Positions 35,984-50,606 of a stretch of DNA of 64,000 bases are shown here, in pieces. Under the pieces are notes generated by a model. That model was not told where the DNA came from. It saw only the letters and a program-made list of their open reading frames with translations, and searched no databases. Within the stretch, counting starts at the first letter, position 1. Every line of letters starts with the position of its first letter. Source of the DNA: Azolla caroliniana (Eukaryota; Plantae; Polypodiophyta); contig JBHGNT010000006.1 in NCBI GenBank assembly GCA_043228905.1, forward strand, positions 4,588,001-4,652,000, given 5' to 3'. The position numbers were made by a program, and so were the translations under genes.

Positions 35984-38900
35984 TCAAGGGTTTGTTGTTA
36001 TTGAAGCTTTATGAACCTCATGGTGATCTGTCCCAAGGATAACAACCATGATTGTGACATCATCATGATAGTCACGTCTTGTTCCATATTTAATGCTTCT
36101 TAAGCTCTCCAAGCTCATGTCTAGAAAACAAAAGCATTACGAAAATACATTAAGGATATGGTTCATAAAATGACAAATGTTTTTTGTTATGTGATGAGTG
36201 TTTTAGGACTTCTCTCTAAACTCCATAAAAGTGAAAGTGTATGATGACAAAAAATAAAAAAAATTATCATATTCAAGTTTAACATGCTACATACACGTTT
36301 TCTATTGTCCCTTGTAAAGAGGGGCGATAATCTATTATCTACCACTACCTGGATTATCTTTGGACAAAATCTACAACCCAAATTCAAAAGCTTTATTATC
36401 TACTATGTTGTATGTGTGGACCTGTAAATTGTAGAAACAAATTATGTAAGTGCACCTAGTTATGCATAAACCTATCAAAATCGTCCATTAGTACAAGATG
36501 ACCTAATTTGGACCTAATAGTTTGTCCACAAGATTCATCTATCCTAATTTCATTCAAATTTCCTTGAATTTTGTATTGATATGGCCCCATTGACCATTGA
36601 ATAGACCACCTCAACAAGCTCAAATATATATTTCTAAGGATTATTCAGAAATAATCCAGTTTTAACATCTTAGCAATGACATATGAGTTCCTTTTTGAAG
36701 GACTAACACAATTCTACGCAAAATAGAGTGCCTAAGGTTAGCGCACAACATCTAAGTTTGTTTGGGAAAATGGGCAAGAGCACTATGCTCAATTGAAGGA
36801 AACTAACACATATCTATGTGAGGGCCTAGGAGTTTCGAGTTCTTACTAGATTTTAAGATTTTGCCTGAAAAAAGTTAGCAATGGAGTGTTGCAATGCTTA
36901 ATGAATAAAAAAACATTGTGATGTATCTTTCCATTTGACTTCATCCTTACAAGTGGACAACATGTAACACAATTTATTGCTTGCGGCATACTTAGCATTA
37001 AGCAACAACATAATGCATTATTGAATGCAAAATGAAAAACAAAGGGAAACTCCCATCCCGTGGGCTCCTCTTGGGAGGTTATATTCATTAATTATTTCAC
37101 AAGGTCAACACTTGAGGCACTAATGTGATCAAGCTTATTTGTTAACTTCTTTCAACTTGCGGAGTTTGACAAACCTTGCTAGTTACGTTTTTGATCTTCT
37201 AGCAGACTAATGTGTGAACTTTGTCAAATTTCAAAAACCTAGAAAATTCCCAATATGTGTAGATAAACACAATTGAAGTGCACAACACAACAAAAGGCAA
37301 AGTGCTTCCCATGTTCAAGTAGTCATTATCTCCCTATCCTTGAGGTGTTGTATAAATACTCATAAGTCAAAATACACGCTCACTATTGAAACATAAGGTG
37401 CTTCGTAGAAAGACGACATATTAACATGATAAGAAGAAGATGGTTAGAGATTAGAAGTTTTTTTTGGTTTGTTTCCCACATGAACAAGAGCACCCCCTCC
37501 CTTAATGAAGTTTCACACTAAGCCTACCTGATCTCATGGCGACCCGAATGAGGAGTTCGTTAAGAAGGAAGCGGGCAGGGTCGATAGGAGGAGAGAGTCG
37601 GAGGCAATCATTCACATGTCTCACAACTTCCTCATTACTGAAGAAGTCGAATAAACCATCACTGCCCATCACCACAAATTGATCCTCCCCCTCTCGAATA
37701 CGCCGATGATACATGTGTGGTTCCACACTAATATACGGTGGACTCTTCAAATCCTTCACTTTGAACATCCCTAGTAGTTTCTCATTCAAATTTGTCTGCC
37801 AGTCACAATTTACCATTTAATATAATAATAAAAAATCATTATTTTTTCACCCTTTGTTAAAATGCCAATGAATCATGATTGATTGATTGTTTTTGAAGTA
37901 GCATTAGTGACATGCAAACTATGGTTTCCATAATGTCGGTCTATAAGTTCATTGTCATGAACTACATGCATAACTACTCCCACAATATATTATTTTGATC
38001 TATATGTCAAGCTACTACAATTGACATGGTTTAAAATATTATACAAATGTAGCATTTAAATCATTACGATGTTTTACATGTTGAAGGGCATCTTAACTAG
38101 CAATATTTCAAAAAATTACTTGTTTACTACAATAATAAACACTTGCTCTATGAACTGTAACAAAGTTCGTTTAGTGATAATCATAGACGAGATACTTCGA
38201 TGGATTCCATCACATTATTGCTATGATGAGAGCCATCTTGTTTATTGGTTTCCCAACATATTACTCGATCCTATAGGTCATCACATTAGTAATGACCTAT
38301 ATTTATCTACCAATAATTCAAACTTTTCGCTTGATCAACATTGTAGACAATGTTAATGTGGTTGTGCGGCGTGCCATATTTATTTGTTGGCCTCATACAT
38401 TGTTTAATGTTCATAGGTTTGTCTCTATGAAGGAGTGCACACCATGAAAGGTGATCTAGATCTAGTTTCACACACAAGTTCTAAGTTGACATGCGCTATG
38501 TTTAATGTCTTTCAAGAATTTTACTCTACACAACACAATCCTTTGAAACTTCTAATGCCTTGCAATTAGATCCTATGACATGTTGTCGAGGAAGAGCAAG
38601 CAAGTTACTTTGTCAAATTATTCATGTGTTTCTAAAATGAGAAGACATGGTGTTCCTAATCTAATTAGAATGACAAATTTGACAAATTAGAATTTATTTG
38701 GAATCTCAAGTGTAACGAGAAATGAAACCAATGGAACTTTCATGTTAGGCCCTTGGAAACAAGAGACATAACAAATATTTGTTATGAGGAAAACATCCTA
38801 TGTGTTAGTTTAGATAATGCCTTTAAACAACATATAGCTTTGATGATATGGATAGGTTCCTAGAATCTGAAAACTTCTTTAATGGAACAAATCCCTTTTG

Positions 38901-41731
38901 GAAGCTAGCCATGATGATAACTACAACACCAAAATTTCATTCTTGTTGTGCACATAAAGTTGTGGAACTTTGATTTTCTATTTCCATATTTGAATCTCTT
39001 TGCTTTGTGAGAGCCTGGCAACTTCAAGATTCCTTAACACTAATCTTAGTTATTGTTCAAGGAGAGTATGCACATATACTTTGCATTTATTCTACAACCT
39101 TGACATGTTATTCCAATAATTTATTAATCCTACTCCATGTGCAAGTGTATATTAGTTTCAAAAAACTAGATAACACTCAACAACACGAGGATGTTCAGGA
39201 CAAGCAACCAAATGATGTTTGATTCCACCCAAATGCCAAGAATATAGGTTCTCAAAAGAGTGGAGCTTTGTCCTAGGGATTTTGAGCTCTATTATCCATC
39301 CATATATATATATATATATATATTGTCGTCCAATTGCATTTTACATTACTAACTATCCACTTTTAATTGGTGAGTGACATGCATGCCACTATTTGATTTC
39401 TTGCTTTCTTGTCATGTATATATTTTCATCCAACTTCATTCTACATTGCTAACTATCAACTCTTTTAATTGACGCATGAATGCCACCAAATGATTTCTTG
39501 CTTTTTTGCCATCATGTGTCACTCACTATATAAAGAATTTATAGAGACACGCTCCTAGGGCTAGGACATATGATGTTGAATAATGGTCGGTCACAGACTC
39601 ACAAGCCAATAATTCATATGCAATATATATTGACTTACATCAATCATTACATATGTATGGTGTTGCTAAAGTGTCAAGAGATGTTGGGGTTTAGCCTTAG
39701 TACCCTTCAATGGCCTATATCTAACCACGAATGCTTCTCGAAATGACACACATTACCCACATAAAAGCCAAGGGTAGTACCCTTCAATGGCCTGTATCTA
39801 ACCACGAATGCTTCTCGAAACGACACACATTACCCACAGAAAAAGCCAAATAATACATTGTTTTTATTGGACAATCGGCAAAGTTGGGTGTTCGACGGGG
39901 TCTATCGAGGAGGGGCGAGCATGGCAAAAAGAAGCGAGGGACACTCATGCTTTTTCCCGACGCATTCTTCGTCGGCGGCTCAGGTGTCCATTTTCTTTTG
40001 TTTTTTTTGTTTAAATGTGTCCATGGACCATCCGGGCAATATATATGTATAAACGAACGTATCCCCCAAGTTGGGAAGCGAGGTTTTCGGACGGGGGGCG
40101 GGTAAGTAGTTGCTAATCGTGAGATTTAGCGCTTGGGTGATTAGTGCTAAACATAGGGGTGGGGGGGGGGGGGTGATATCGGAGATTAATGTGATAAAAG
40201 AGTGGCAATAAGTACATACATACATACATACATACATACATAATTACATTACCTGCTTGAGGTAGCCGGCGCCGACGGCACGTGTGACGTGGAGCTTGCC
40301 TTTGACTTTGGAGTGGGGGAAGAGCGCGGAGGGGGGCTCAAGCGGATGCTCCGCCGCCAAGCGCCGCCGCTCCGCCTCCTTCGCCGCCAGATGCTCCCCT
40401 GTCAGCTGAAGCGCCGCCATGTCCAACCCCCATCCCCATGTCCGACATGATGATGATGATGATGATGATGATGAATCCTTCTTCTTCTGCGTCGCCAGAA
40501 CGGCCCTGCTGTCCCCCAAGCTCATGGCATAGAGATGCTGCCCCTGCACCACCACCGCCAGCACGCACGACCCCACCATCGCCAAATCCTGACGGCTCGG
40601 CTCCTCCTCTATGTGCCGCTCCACCATCCCCAGAAACGCCGCCTCCGAGTATCGCAACGCATCCCGCAGCGCGCCTTCCACCTCCTCCTCCGCCTCCCTA
40701 CACTCGCCCCCTTCGCCGCTCATCCCTAACCTCGACTCCATCTTCGCCAGATTGTGGGAGAATCTCGCGAAGAGCGTCACCGACAGGAAGTCGGCCGCGT
40801 CCCGTCCGTTGAAGCCGTCGAAGATGGCGCAGAACAGCAGAGAATTGTGTGGCGAGCACACCACCTGCACCCGATCCTCGCCTGCCGCTCCACCCGCTGT
40901 CAGCTGCTGTGTGCAGCAGCTGCTGCTGTTGCTCAGTTCATCATGAGAATCAATCAAGGATGATGATGATGATGATGAAGATGATTCAGATGCTTCACAC
41001 GATTTCGCATCAGATGTCATCGCGGCCACACATGTGGCTGATTGTGATGCCGCCGCCCCTCGGAATTGGAATGCTTCAGATCTTCCGATTCGGCTCTCTA
41101 GCTGCTGCTTCTGCTTCTGCTTCTGCTGTGAAGAAGAAGAAGAAGAAGAAGAAGAATCTGAAGAAGAATTCATGGCATCTCTCGCCATGAAGGATTCGAT
41201 GAGTGTCAACGGAGCCTTGGATTGTTCGAGGCGGCGTAGACGGGTTGGAGAGTCGCAGATTTGATCTCGGACCAGGCCGTCGCCTAATTCGGTGTTGGGT
41301 AGGGTCAAATTTGCATTCATGGCAGCAACAGAGAGGCTCTTGAATGCAGGTGGAGGAGGAGCCACGAGATTGGGATGACACCGACGACCACGGCTGCAAC
41401 GATGACAAAGCTCCCCAACGGGTTCGACATTGGAGGATGTAGGAGGAGGTGTGGTCCGAATCATTGACACCTGCGAAGGTGTTAATGTTGGCGAAGGATC
41501 TGTTGTTGTTGTTGAGGATGATGATGATAATGATGTGGATGGATCATTCACCATTGAACCTTTACATTCAATACCTTCTTCATCGCCATGGTCATGGCCG
41601 TCGCCGTGGGGAGCTTCGGCTAGGGTTACTGAGGAGGAGGTGGAGGTGGAGGGGAGATGGAGGAGGGGTACATGATGTGGGTCATGTATGAGGATATATT
41701 CAAAAGATACACTTAATTCTTCCACATCCAT
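35984..41731 (-). CDS. Protein phosphatase 2C, clade C (POL/PLL-related type), ~627 aa
   Basis: Exons 41731-40253, 37795-37528, 36120-35984 splice in frame: AGGAAGEDRVQ, IFDGFNGRDAADFL, GSCVL, LGDSRAVLA, KVKGKLHVTRAVGAGYLK, SPPYIS, GSDGLFDFFSNEEVV, RRDYHDDVTIMVVIL. Confidence 0.94.
39698..39848. repeat. Tandem duplication, 77-bp unit x2, in PP2C intron 1
   Basis: TAGTACCCTTCAATGGCCT...ACACATTACCCACA.AAAAGCCAA twice. Confidence 0.9.
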
Positions 41732-41885
41732 GCTTCTTGTTGGGATTGGATTGTGGAGAAGAAGATGAAGAATTAGAGGAGAGGGAGGAAGGATTTGATT
41801 AGTTAAGAGAAGGCGTGAACGAATGAATGGAAATACTTAGAGTTAAAAAAAAAAGCCAATAAGGTTTGGATTGGTCTCTCACACA

Positions 41886-41917
<32 letters not shown>

Positions 41918-44900
41918 CGGGTTGTTTTGTGGTGTTAGAAACTTAAGATGTTGTTGTGTAAAGTTGTGGATACTATATTAATTAATACTAACACATAAAA
42001 AGGCCCTCCTCCCTCTCACACTCCAAAGAGCCATATTAACGTTTCCCATCGTCCTTACACTCCCATATTTTGCCTTTTAACTATGTATCTATGTATGTAT
42101 GTGTACTTAACTACATACTTATAAGTTATTATATAAAAGAAAGAGTAGCCTTCCCACCCCATGTATGGTTGGCTTGTGTATGGATTCCCATCTCTCCACG
42201 ATGGAATGGAATGATCCCCCATCTCTCCATGGACCCACCCCCCCCAAATCATTCATTCATTCACCTCTCATTCTTCCTTGAGGAGGAGGAATCTAAGGAG
42301 TCGCGAATATCCTTCCTCCCCCTCATTAGGCACCTTTCCAAAGTATCTTTCGCTCGTCAATCAATCCTCTCGTTCTTCTTCTTCTTCTTCTTTTATGACC
42401 TTTCGCATCCTTGCACTACGTTCATATGTTTTCGCATACATTATTATACTAATGCCCAATCAATTTCATCATGCCCCACTGGTTGATCCTCTCTACATCG
42501 TGGTGTGCCCCTTTACGAAGATCCTTCGTCCATACCCTAATGGTTCTTACGGATCCCAATCTTATACTAATGAGCCTTTCCGTAAGAGGGATCGAAACCT
42601 TCGCAACGTGTCTAGGTCTCCTCGATATAATTCTTTTTCCCTTGAAGACACCGCGGCGAACTTCCCTTCCCTTCCCTTCCCTTTCCAAATTTATGCAAAC
42701 ATTATTAGCACAAATCGAAATCTTCACACAACACCTAGTCGAGTCCTCAAATTTTCTTTAAGATGCAACAACCTTTCCCTTCTTACTAAAATTGTGAAAC
42801 ACTAGTGGTGAATCATTGTGAATGTGCTTGTGAGGTATCTCATCATCAAAAGCTTAAGAAGAGATTTTTGATAGTCATTATAATTTTCTCAAATCCCATA
42901 AGAATTAGACTTGTGCCACTTAAACCTATATACCCTACCTAATCAATAATGTAGTCATATACATTTCATCTAACCTTAATATTGTTATTTAAGAATAAAC
43001 CAATCAAACACTTTGGTATAAACAGATAATGATCACATACACTTCATGTGCTCCAATTGAACATAAAGTGATTGTCCCTATAAAAATTTATGATTAACAC
43101 ATTGAATAGTTGTACATAACATCACATTATGTTAATATTTCAAGAAATGCATTGTTTTCTTCGTGAGTACATAAATGTGAACCTCGTCGAATTTCACAAA
43201 CCCTACCCTTACCTCTTTTATTCCTCGGCTCTAAGCTTTTTTCAATGCATTAGCTTATTCCCTAACAACTCTTCTTTGCTTTTGTTATAAGACTTGGGTT
43301 CTTCTATCATATGCTTCAAATAATGAGTAAGCTACCTAAAAAGTGGATAGTTCCCTTACCTATTTATGTTAAAAATCATGACACTTCATCTTGATGCAAG
43401 CAAACAACTTTAGTGGCTAGAGAATTAGACTCGGCAAGAGGAGGCTCAAAGACTTAAATAAATATATAAAATATCCATGATCATTTTCTATAATATCTAA
43501 TGTGTTGTTTACTTATTTTGGTGTGCAAAAAGTTAAAAACACCATCCATCAACTTAAGTCAATGATTGCCAATTCATATTATATATATAGTATGCATATA
43601 AGCATAGGCATACAAGTAAACAAATTAAAGTTTAGTAGACCTAGGTGAGCAAAAGTTGATGATGATAAATTCAATACTTTGAAATGAAGTTCTTTTCTAT
43701 TGTTTCAATAGCAGCACAAGAACAAAGGTAGATGTTATTGAGGCCATAGTCAAGAATAAGATTGTATTGAAAAAGAGAATAAGGAAATATGAGAAGAATA
43801 TAAGTGTATGAACAAGAACACATAGAAGATTGATGTTGTTGTGAAAGTAACGTATGTAGGTGTGAAATGTGAGCCGGACAACCGAGGACTTGAACCATAG
43901 AAGATGGGAATGTAGAGTCGTCAAGGATAGAGTGCTCGTGGATGTCTATTTATGCGTGTGATTTCTTTAGAGGGGTTAAGTTAGCCCTCATGTTAGTAGT
44001 CGCACGTGATTAGGATACAAATGGTTGCATATTTGTGATTATGTGTGTGTGTGTGTGTGTAAATAGGTAATTAAGGATTAATTATATGAAAGAAATATAT
44101 TTGTGTGTGTGTGTGCATAGGCTCAAACGCAAGTATGTATATATTTTAAATGAATATATGTATATATTTATATGTGTGCACTTTGAATACAGATATCATT
44201 TCATGTATATGTGTGTTCAAGTGTGTTCTTATGTGTATGTATATGTATAAGGTTTTATGCAATGACAGTGTATGTAAATGTGATTCCTAAATATATGTGT
44301 ATGTTGATTTTATAGAGGGGAATTTAGTTCAGGTTAGTAGGGGTAAACAAAAAAAGAAGTAAAAGGGAAAAGCGGGAATGGATTATGGAGACACAAAGAA
44401 AAGGGAAAAAATTAAGTAGAAGGTAGACTACAGGGTGGTAGGAGGTCATAGAAGACGACAGTAATAGTTGGTGTAGCGACACCAACATAGATGCAAGTAG
44501 CGCAACATGATAATAGAAGTGAGCCCTCGAGTAAACCTTACATGTTGCGCTTATGTATTATTTTGATTTTTAGTATTATTATAAATTATTTTTATTTTGA
44601 CTCGTTTAGTTCTTTAGTTAAATGCTAAAATTTGACTATGTCCCTCGTTTGTCGATCGTTAGCTTCAGTCGGAGTGCCGAGTTCAACTCCCACAGTTTGA
44701 AAACCGACACTTATGTGTAACTTTCACCAAGGTGTTAGCTGTGTTTCGAAAATTTTATCATGACCCTTTGTGATGAGCTCTTTGTGTTTTCACGACAAGG
44801 CCTTCAGTGTGTTCTCGAATATTATTTTTCGTTGAATTTGCTACAAATTCACATAGCTTTGCGCCCTCATCTCAAATTTTAGAGCCGAAAAATCTTTTGT

Positions 44901-45649
44901 AACCCTTGTTTGATCACAATTTTCACCATACAATAAGATAAAAGTAATTTTAGAGATGACGAGATGAACTCAGACTACGTTACATGGAGTGGCTTATAAA
45001 GTAAGTAAATAAGATAGATGAGAAAATAATTTTGCGGGTAGAGCCTCGGGGGAAGATCCTCAAGTTTCGGTGCAATGTTCCAATCGACAACAACTTTGAT
45101 GCCTCTGGTCGATGTTGGTCTTACATGGCCTCTTGATTCACAACCTCGAGCCCGATCAAAATCTAAGTAGCACTTCTGTCTTGTGCCTAAAATTTCCCTT
45201 GACAATGAGATTTCTTATCCTTTTTATAGGTTTTGGAGTTCCTCATGCAAATAAAATAGTAATCCTTCTTTTAGCATGTACCTATACTTACCTTCCCAAG
45301 GTGCTTGATGTGGGCAAAAAAGGGCAAAAGGTCTATCCCATCCATCCATATTCACATTGCCTCTATTTGATCTATTAAAGTCCACAAGTTTTTTTCATGG
45401 TTTGAACAAGATTCAAACCCTTTATCTTATCATTTTAGGAGTAAACTCTTGCCAATTGAGTTATATATTTTTATTGTTTCAAACTTCATACTATCTTCTA
45501 TCCTTCTTGACATCATAATTTTGCCTTATCCTTCAACCTTTCTTATGTCTTGATTTTGACACATTTCCTCTCACAAACTCCCAAATCACGACATCCACCC
45601 CCACCAAACCTTCTTTTAAAAAAGAAAGAAAGATACACCTTAGTATATT

Positions 45650-48345
45650 ACTTGAGAAATGTACATACAGAAAACAAAAGGAGACATTTCATCTCACCTC
45701 TATTGTAATACAAAAGCTAATACCAACATCTGATCAAATAGATGATATCATAAAAGGAACAAATGGAACACAATCTACAAGCTATGCAATAAAAAAGAAG
45801 GTATGGCATAATTCCACTTCATACGAGAAGTCGTATCTAAAAATAAGTGAAGCCCTCGCCACCGTTTCTTAAAGTCCACTTGATGTTGCCTTTTAGCATC
45901 AGTTGAACCCTGCAGATCATCATATTGTCCACGTATGGTATGGACAAATAACAACCAGAATTCAATAAGCATAGTACTAAGATGTATGTGAGCATTATTA
46001 AAAACAACCTCACATCTCATTTTCCATATTGTACAAAGAGGTAATGACGTAATAGTACGCCAAATAACCAAAATTTCAGTTCTAAACCGTGGAATAAAAG
46101 ATGGAAATGAAGTGAGATAAATGTACCCATTGGAAAAGTGAAAAACATGCATTCTTTCATACTTCATAACATCTCCATGAAGGACACCCCACGAGAAGAT
46201 AGAACGAGTATAATGGTGTCTCAGTAATAAAAACAACTTACTCCAGAATTGCTTGATTTTGGGACATAACCAAAACAAATGCAAAATAGATTTCGTAGAT
46301 GCACCACAATGCATTCCACAAGCATATTGTTGATTTTACCTCAACCAATCACCAACAGGAAGAGCATAATGCATCAACAACCAACGAAAACAAATCACTT
46401 TTTCCGGCAACTGCATACTCCACAACCATTTCCAAAATTTTGTAAGTTGCAATGCATTCACATTATTTGCAGTCCAATGCTTCATGGCAACAGTGCATTT
46501 ATACTTTGATTGCAATAATAAAATTCTACCTAGCTTAACTGAATACTGGAAAAACTCCAAGTGTTTACCATTTCCACTAGCATTCGGTTTTTTCCATTGA
46601 CAATCAGCTGGATCCCAATTCAAATTATAAAGCGGTTTTTTTTGAAAAACCCATAATGAACATCATCGTAAGCATTCTTGAAAGGGTGGATCCAAGAACT
46701 ATTTTTTTCCTGATCTTGCAACTACTTGAATCGCTGAAACATTGGCGGACATTCACACATCTGATTCAGAAAATACATGCCACAACCTAACATCATCATC
46801 CACATTAAAGTATATTACATCACCTGTAGTGTTAATTGCGTTAGCTCCTAAAATAACTTTTAAAGGAGAGAAATAACCAAACCAAATCTGATTGCTAGAG
46901 GGGGACCATGAAACCATAAATTGTCCCAATGCCACTTGCATATCATTGCACATAATAACACTTCCTCGAACTGAAAGCGTCGACAAAGATTGTAACGATT
47001 GATTCATAACATAGCCTCCCCATGATAGAACATTACCTACTATTGATGCATCCATAGAAGCCTAATTCAACCGAGGACGGCTACCAAGCAGAAAACCCCT
47101 TGAATATGAAAAGAGAAAGTTCCAGGTCAAGGGTTGTCTCAACAAGTCATTTGTTGTGAAGGCACCTTCCGAACTAGAAACTTTTTAACAACTGACCAAC
47201 TTGTGAGAATTCCATTAAAAAACCTATCTTCTGATAAGGTTGTTTAAACAAATGAAAATTTTGAATAAAAACCCATCTTAATGATGGTAGCCACTTTCCT
47301 CCTATTGTTGGGCACATAGTAGACAACCTATGCATCATCAACTGACTCCAAACACCTTGCATAGGCAACATAGCTCTACACACAAATTTAGAAAGCAAAG
47401 CCTTACCGTGTGCTTCTGGATCCACCAGCCCCAACCCACCATTTTGTTGCGGAGCAATCAATACTGCCCAAGCTACTTTAGGCCTTTTAGCTTGACTTGT
47501 TTTTCCTCCCCAAATGTAATTACGAATGAGGCGTTGCACCTGTAAAATACATGATCTAGCAAACAATGTAGTTGAAGCAATATACCAAATTGTAGCTAAA
47601 AGAACTTGGTTAGCTACAAGTACACGACTTGCAAGTGACAGGTTAACCGAATCCCAAAACAACAATTTTCTCCTTAATTTTACAAGTAGAGGAGCAACTA
47701 ACATATCTGCAATAACATGAAGTCCCACTTGACAGCCTAAGTAACGAGTAGTGGTTCCATTAGGAACCCACTTGAATTCCTACGAAGGCATCCAAGTAGG
47801 CAAGGAATTTTGTGATACCCAAAAGCCAAGAGATTTATGCCAATTTATCTTTGCTCTAGAGGCCAAATAGAATTACTCCACTACTTCTTGCAATTTACTT
47901 AAATTTTCATCATTACCTTGAACATAAATTGCAGTATCATCTGCAAATTCTGTATCCAACATTTGTTGTTGCATGGCAAGCAAAGGCAAACCCTTGAGAG
48001 AAACTTGAGAGGAGTTTAAATACATTGAGAATGTTTCCATTACTAGCAAAAACAGGAATGGGGCCAATGGACAACCTTGACGTATAGAACGCGAAATAGA
48101 AAATTTTCTAGTTTGCCCACCGGTGACCAAGACTGAACTAAAGGCCTCACGATACAAGGAAGCTACAACCCTAATCCATTGAGTAGGAAAACCTAATCTC
48201 AAAAACGAACCTTCCATGAAGTACCAATCAACTCTGCCATTTGCCTTCTCAAAATCTAATAGAAGTACCGCAAGATCTTCTTTATTTTTCATTGTCATCC
48301 TTGTTAATTCCCAAAAACAGAAAAACTTTGTCAAAAATACTATGT
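45650..48345 (-). mobile_element. L1-type LINE of a second family, degenerate ORF2; cut at its 5' side by the Gypsy nest
   Basis: LLLDFEKA..RVDW, SIRQGCPLAPFLF, FADD, LSLASRVLVANQVL, VAWAVLIAPQQNGGLGL, HLFWLCP; left end approximate. Confidence 0.88.
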
Positions 48346-48452
48346 TGTCGCGTCGTTACGCGTGTGCGTATAGAACGAGGCGGGACCACGGGGGTCTTGG
48401 ACCGACGAATAACCGATCAAGAGTAGGAGCAAGGAAGACAACGGCCGTGCTT

Positions 48453-48493
<41 letters not shown>

Positions 48494-48871
48494 TACACAG
48501 AAACCGCAACCGAATGAAACAACGGAAATGAGACGAATGCGTATATGTGTATATATACTATGATGAAAAAGGGGTTACAACCGGCAGGCTGGTGAGTGAC
48601 AAATCTCGTACGCCTATGCACACGCACACAAAAGAGAGAGATGGAAACTCTGCCGAAAGCACTCGGGCGTTCCGTGGAGCAGAGTCAGCCTCCCGAAAAC
48701 CTGCATAAAGCAAAATACAGAGAAAGACGGAGGAGAAGAGGTCGGTCCCAGTTTGATAGCACTTCGTCCTCGACAAAAGCGATCCCCATTACGATTCCTC
48801 TCCCTCTCTTTTATAGCCCAAGGAGGGAGGCCGTCACAACCCGTTACATCATCTTTATTCTTTGTCCTTTC
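48346..48871 (-). repeat. Partial Gypsy LTR ('A'), inverted relative to element B
   Basis: Reverse-complement similarity to 48980-49480; terminus rc ...CGCGACA at 48346; TATA box GGGCTATAAAAG. Confidence 0.85.
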
Positions 48872-49765
48872 TTGGGCACAGGTTTTGTTGTATAGTACGT
48901 AGGTAGGTATAAATCGGCTGAGGTGAAATCCTAGGTAGCACGCATTCATTAGGGAGAAAATCGAGGCGTATCCCTGTCCGAAAGGACAGGGAATAAACAT
49001 GATGTAACGGGTGGTAATAGCCTCCCTCCTTGGGCTATAAAAGAGAGGGAGAGGTATTAAAAATATATTGCATTTTGGGCGGAGGATGAAGTGCTGCCGA
49101 ACTCTGGAACCGAGCTCTTCTCCTTTGTCTTCTCAATAGTCGTTCTGTGCAGGTTTTTGGGAGGCTGACTCTGCCCCGCGGAACGCCCGAGTGCTTCCGA
49201 CAGAGTCTCCATCTCGCGTTCTGTGTGTGTGTGTGTGTGTGCAGGTGTCGGAGCCTATCACTTGCTGGCTTGCCGGTTGTAACTCATTGATATATATATA
49301 CATACACATTCATTCTATCTCCGTTGTTCAGGGCTAGTTGCAACTTCTGTGAATCTGTGTGTCTGTGCGCGTGTGAAGTACATCGGCATTATCCTTCCCC
49401 TCTTCTCATTCGGTTATTTCTCGGTCCAAGGCCCCCGTGGTCCCGCGTCGTTCTCCATGCACGCGCGTAACAACGCGACATATTTGGTGAACCCGACGTG
49501 AACAAGTGGCAGAGGAATAGGAAGATGAGAGGGTCGGATCTGGAGAAGCCATGGTTTCGGCTGTGGATCAGATAGTGAGTGCGCACGAAGGCATAGGCGC
49601 TCTCGATAGGGCTATTGAAGCAGTCGTCGGCACAATAGGCCGATTCGGTGGGAAGGACGCCACGAGTTATCTGGAGGCTTACCGAGCCGAAATGGTGATG
49701 AGGGACATCCCAGAGGACAGGCGATTGGTCGGATTCCCTCGGGTGGCGATGCCGGGCATGCACGC

Positions 49766-50535
49766 TGTCGAGATATTACGCAAGTGCGCGTGGAAACGAG
49801 GCGGGACCACGGGGGTCTCGAACCAAAGAGCAAGCGAGGGAGGAGAAAGAGAGAGAACCGGCTACGTAGGACCGGGGATACACAGGGACACGGCCCTTCA
49901 GCACGGAGAGCGCGAACAGACACCGACACAGACAGATGCGAATGACTAAATATGTATATTAACAAAATGGCTAACACGACTACAACCCTCGATGGGGCAC
50001 AGGTTGGTTACAACCAAACAGGCCGGCGAACAGATGCCGATGCTTGTTCGCTTCGACGCACAAAGGGGTAGCAGGTCGGAGGTGCTGCCGGAAGCACTCG
50101 GGCGTTCCTCGAAACAGCGCGAGCCTCTTCGGAACCCTGCACAGAAAGCTATGAAGCTCAAGAAGGAAGGAAACAGAGAGAGAGGCGTCCAGAAACGGTC
50201 CGACAGCACTTCGTCCTCTCTGCGTGAGATCCCTGCAACAACTCTTTCCTGCTCCTTATATAGGCCGACGAGCAGGCCGTCATGTCAGCTTTATTCCCTG
50301 TCCCCTTTTGACAGGGATCCGCTCCGTTCTTCACGCCCCCGCGTGGTTACGCCGCCGACTCGTACAGTACCTTAGCTCGCGCGCGCGGTCTTTGTCTCCA
50401 CTTGTGTTAGGGCCCGTCCCTGCCGATTATCCTCCTAATTCGCTTCTATGTACATCTTGGAGCGTGCACGCGTGAGGAACCGGTTCCCATGCCTTGGTGC
50501 GCCGGTTCCGCTTATGGACGGTTTTCTTCACGACA
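49766..50535 (-). repeat. 3' LTR of Gypsy C
   Basis: Direct repeat of 55950-56635. Confidence 0.95.
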
Positions 50536-50606
50536 TCCGCCCCCACCTAACTGCGCATCCTCCGGTATGCGCCAAGAGAGTTGGGACGGAGAAAACCAGC
50601 CCGTCT

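Noticed and set aside
44650-44705. tRNA-like TAGCTTCAGTCGG...GAGTTCAACTCCC
   Set aside because: Boxes too close together, no cloverleaf
45400-45468. Minus-strand A-box/B-box-like SINE head
   Set aside because: Too degenerate, no TSD or tail identified
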